From Octopus bimaculoides (taxonomy: Eukaryota): 64,000 bases of DNA. Position numbers and translations under genes: made by a program. The stretch is from assembly GCF_001194135.2 (NCBI RefSeq), contig NC_068984.1, positions 104,069,991 through 104,133,990 of the forward strand, given 5' to 3'. Position 1 is the stretch's first letter; each line of letters starts with the position of its first letter. The notes under the pieces are model-generated. The model was not told the DNA's origin, ran no database searches, and was given only the letters and a program-made list of their open reading frames with translations. Shown in pieces: positions 61,665 to 64,000 of this stretch.

Positions 61665-62698
61665 TCATTTAGCAGCTTTCCAAATGATATTGTTCTTGAA
61701 TAACGCAATGATATTACTTAAAAAAGGTAATATGTTATAAAGTTGAAATATTAAATTTATCAATACTAAAACAAAAGGTAAATCATTTCATTAAATTAGT
61801 ATTTAAAAAAAAGAAGCCTACAGTAGAAACTGATTTTGTGTGTAATTTGTAAAATCATCATATTCCTGCATGATATCATTGATCATGATGCAGGAATATT
61901 ATGATCTTGTAAAATAGAGATGTATGATAACTTCAATGAAGACTTAGATTTATTTTCAAGGGGATGTATTATTGGCCTTAATAAGATAAGCTTTACTTTT
62001 TCTTTGGCATGGCATTTGTATTTGTAATATAAACCATCAAGCTATAAACCCCAAACAATATATCCCTAAAATATAACATATGGCCCACTGTGTATATTTC
62101 GTCATTAGCACATTTCAGTCACCATCAGTATTTGTATTATACTCTTTAACCTCCAGATACAATATGATGCTTTTGAAAATTCAATTTGAAACTCTTGATA
62201 AGGTATATGTTGCTGTATATTTGGTATGTAACAAAAACATTATAAAGTTATGTGTATGCATACAAACAGATGTGTAAACAACATCAGTCCTGCCTATCCT
62301 GTTTGATGCCCCAATATATTATGTGCTTGAAGTAGTTATCCAAAATGTCTCAGTTCCTCTTCAAATATTCCCTTTGGTATATACAGAAATTTTCTTGCAC
62401 AGTATGCATCCCTACAGCTATGAACTTACGAACCCTATCTTCATCTGCAAATGAATTTGCATTCTTTAGATCTGTTATATAATATAATGCACCATACAGC
62501 GTAGTATTGATTTATTTTACATGAGGTCTTCTGCCTCTGCTCTTAAGTATTTTAAGGATATAACTACTATTAATACTCCAGTAGATTCAACCTCACTACA
62601 TTCAGCTAAATCAAAATTAATATCTTCCAATTCTCTTATCAATCTCTCTGTATTTATCTAACACCAACATTACACTTAATTTTTTTTATCTATCTATC

Positions 62699-62771
<73 letters not shown>

Positions 62772-63599
62772 TACATACATACATTCATACATACACACAT
62801 GCATGCGTGTGTGTGTGTATATTGTAATTGCAATAAACAAAAAAAGATAAATGACAACATGAGAGGGATAAGTCTTAACAAATATTGTATTAGCTTAATG
62901 CTTAAAAGGAAGGAAACATATTGGATGTTTGTCTTTCATCAGAAGAATATTATTGGGTGAGTGACAAAGAGGAAAAGGGATTGAAAAAAAAAGTAAAAAG
63001 CAACAAAAACATGAGAGGGTTAAGAACAAGATAGGAATGCAGCTCTATAGATTAAGTTGAGAAGGGAGGAGGGAGCAAATGTGTGTGTTGCCTGTATTTG
63101 TGTTTTGAGATAGGCATATGGAAGGAGTTGTGTGTAGTATTTTGGATGGTGGGTATTTGGTGATGTTTTGGATGTTTTTTTTTTTGAGAGAGAGAGAGAA
63201 TAACATTAGTGAGACTTCTTGAGGGGAAAGCAGATTGTGATAGAGATGCACATGTCAAAGTGTAAAAGGAGAAAAAAGAGAACTGTTTAAATGAACAAGA
63301 GAAGCAAAATAGAGAGAGAAATGTATAAGTTCTAAGAGAGAAGATAAGTGAGAAAAAAATTGGAGAAATATAAATTACAATACCACACTGATAAATAAGA
63401 AAAATTAAATCCATACATTATAACACTGGTAAAGAGTCCAGGAAAGTTGGAATGCCTATTGTATGGTGAGGAACTGATAAAAGAGGCATGTACTGAATGT
63501 TCCAGAAATATTTACCTATCATATTTTTGTAATTACTCATAATATATACAAGAGATGGCAATCAAACTTCTTAAATTATAAGAACTATATTTTACCTAT

Positions 63600-64000
63600 T
63601 TAATACGTGAATCAAATTTCAAAACAACCACCTCTTACTTTGATCACGACCTGCAAATGAGTGGTTTCTGAATTGCAACACTTCTTCATAAAGTTTACTC
63701 CATGCGGTAAGAAGGGCTTCTTTCAGATCCGCCACACTTGTGTATGAGATAGTTAGACATCACTCCCTAAGACAAATGAGACAGAAAAGTCCATTGGGTT
63801 GATGTCTGGGCTTGCGGGAGAACAGAAGTTCTTATCCCAAAAAACTGCAAAAATGCTCTCTGTACCATTTTTGCGTAAAATTCAAGGTGTGGACTGGGGC
63901 ACTGTCCTGAATGAAGACATACTTGTTTCCAAATGATTTATTTAACTAAGGCAACATATTTTCTTCCAACATTTTGATATAAACTGCTATTCACATTAAC
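63600..64000 (-). mobile_element. maT / DD37D Tc1-mariner transposase 3' remnant (runs off the window)
   Basis: YVFIQDSAPVHTLNFTQKWYREHFCS-(1-nt insertion)-FWDKNFCSPASPDINPMDFSV; 37 residues between the second and third D after correction. Confidence 0.75.

Overview
AT-rich, microsatellite- and transposon-laden eukaryotic genomic DNA from a draft assembly with 8 N-gaps. The SINE, RTE and Helitron repertoire looks like an octopus (coleoid cephalopod); this is pattern recognition, not a database result. The window holds one real protein-coding gene on the + strand: an SH2-domain inositol polyphosphate 5-phosphatase (SHIP family, INPP5D/INPPL1-like). I assembled it by hand into 23 phase-compatible GT-AG coding exons (14978-60277; 2611 nt = 870 codons + 1 nt, no stop). 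They encode SH2, a helical linker, PH-R, a 5-phosphatase with intact catalytic motifs, and C2. The C-terminal tail is not resolved and the first non-coding exon was not found. Almost every ORF in the supplied track is a microsatellite, gap or transposon artefact. The rest is decayed mobile DNA: four Tc1/mariner-type elements, RTE and CR1-like LINEs, Penelope-like fragments with degenerate hammerhead cores, Helitron-type elements, TTAA MITEs, a Gypsy integrase scrap and several tRNA-SINE families. I see no convincing wholly new biological system. The best leads are a stack of same-strand retroposons nested in (ATT/ATC)n, twin large palindromes at the window start, decayed hammerhead ribozymes, a PHD finger inside an RTE reverse transcriptase, an inverted MITE pair in a SHIP intron, and lineage-specific changes in the SHIP protein.
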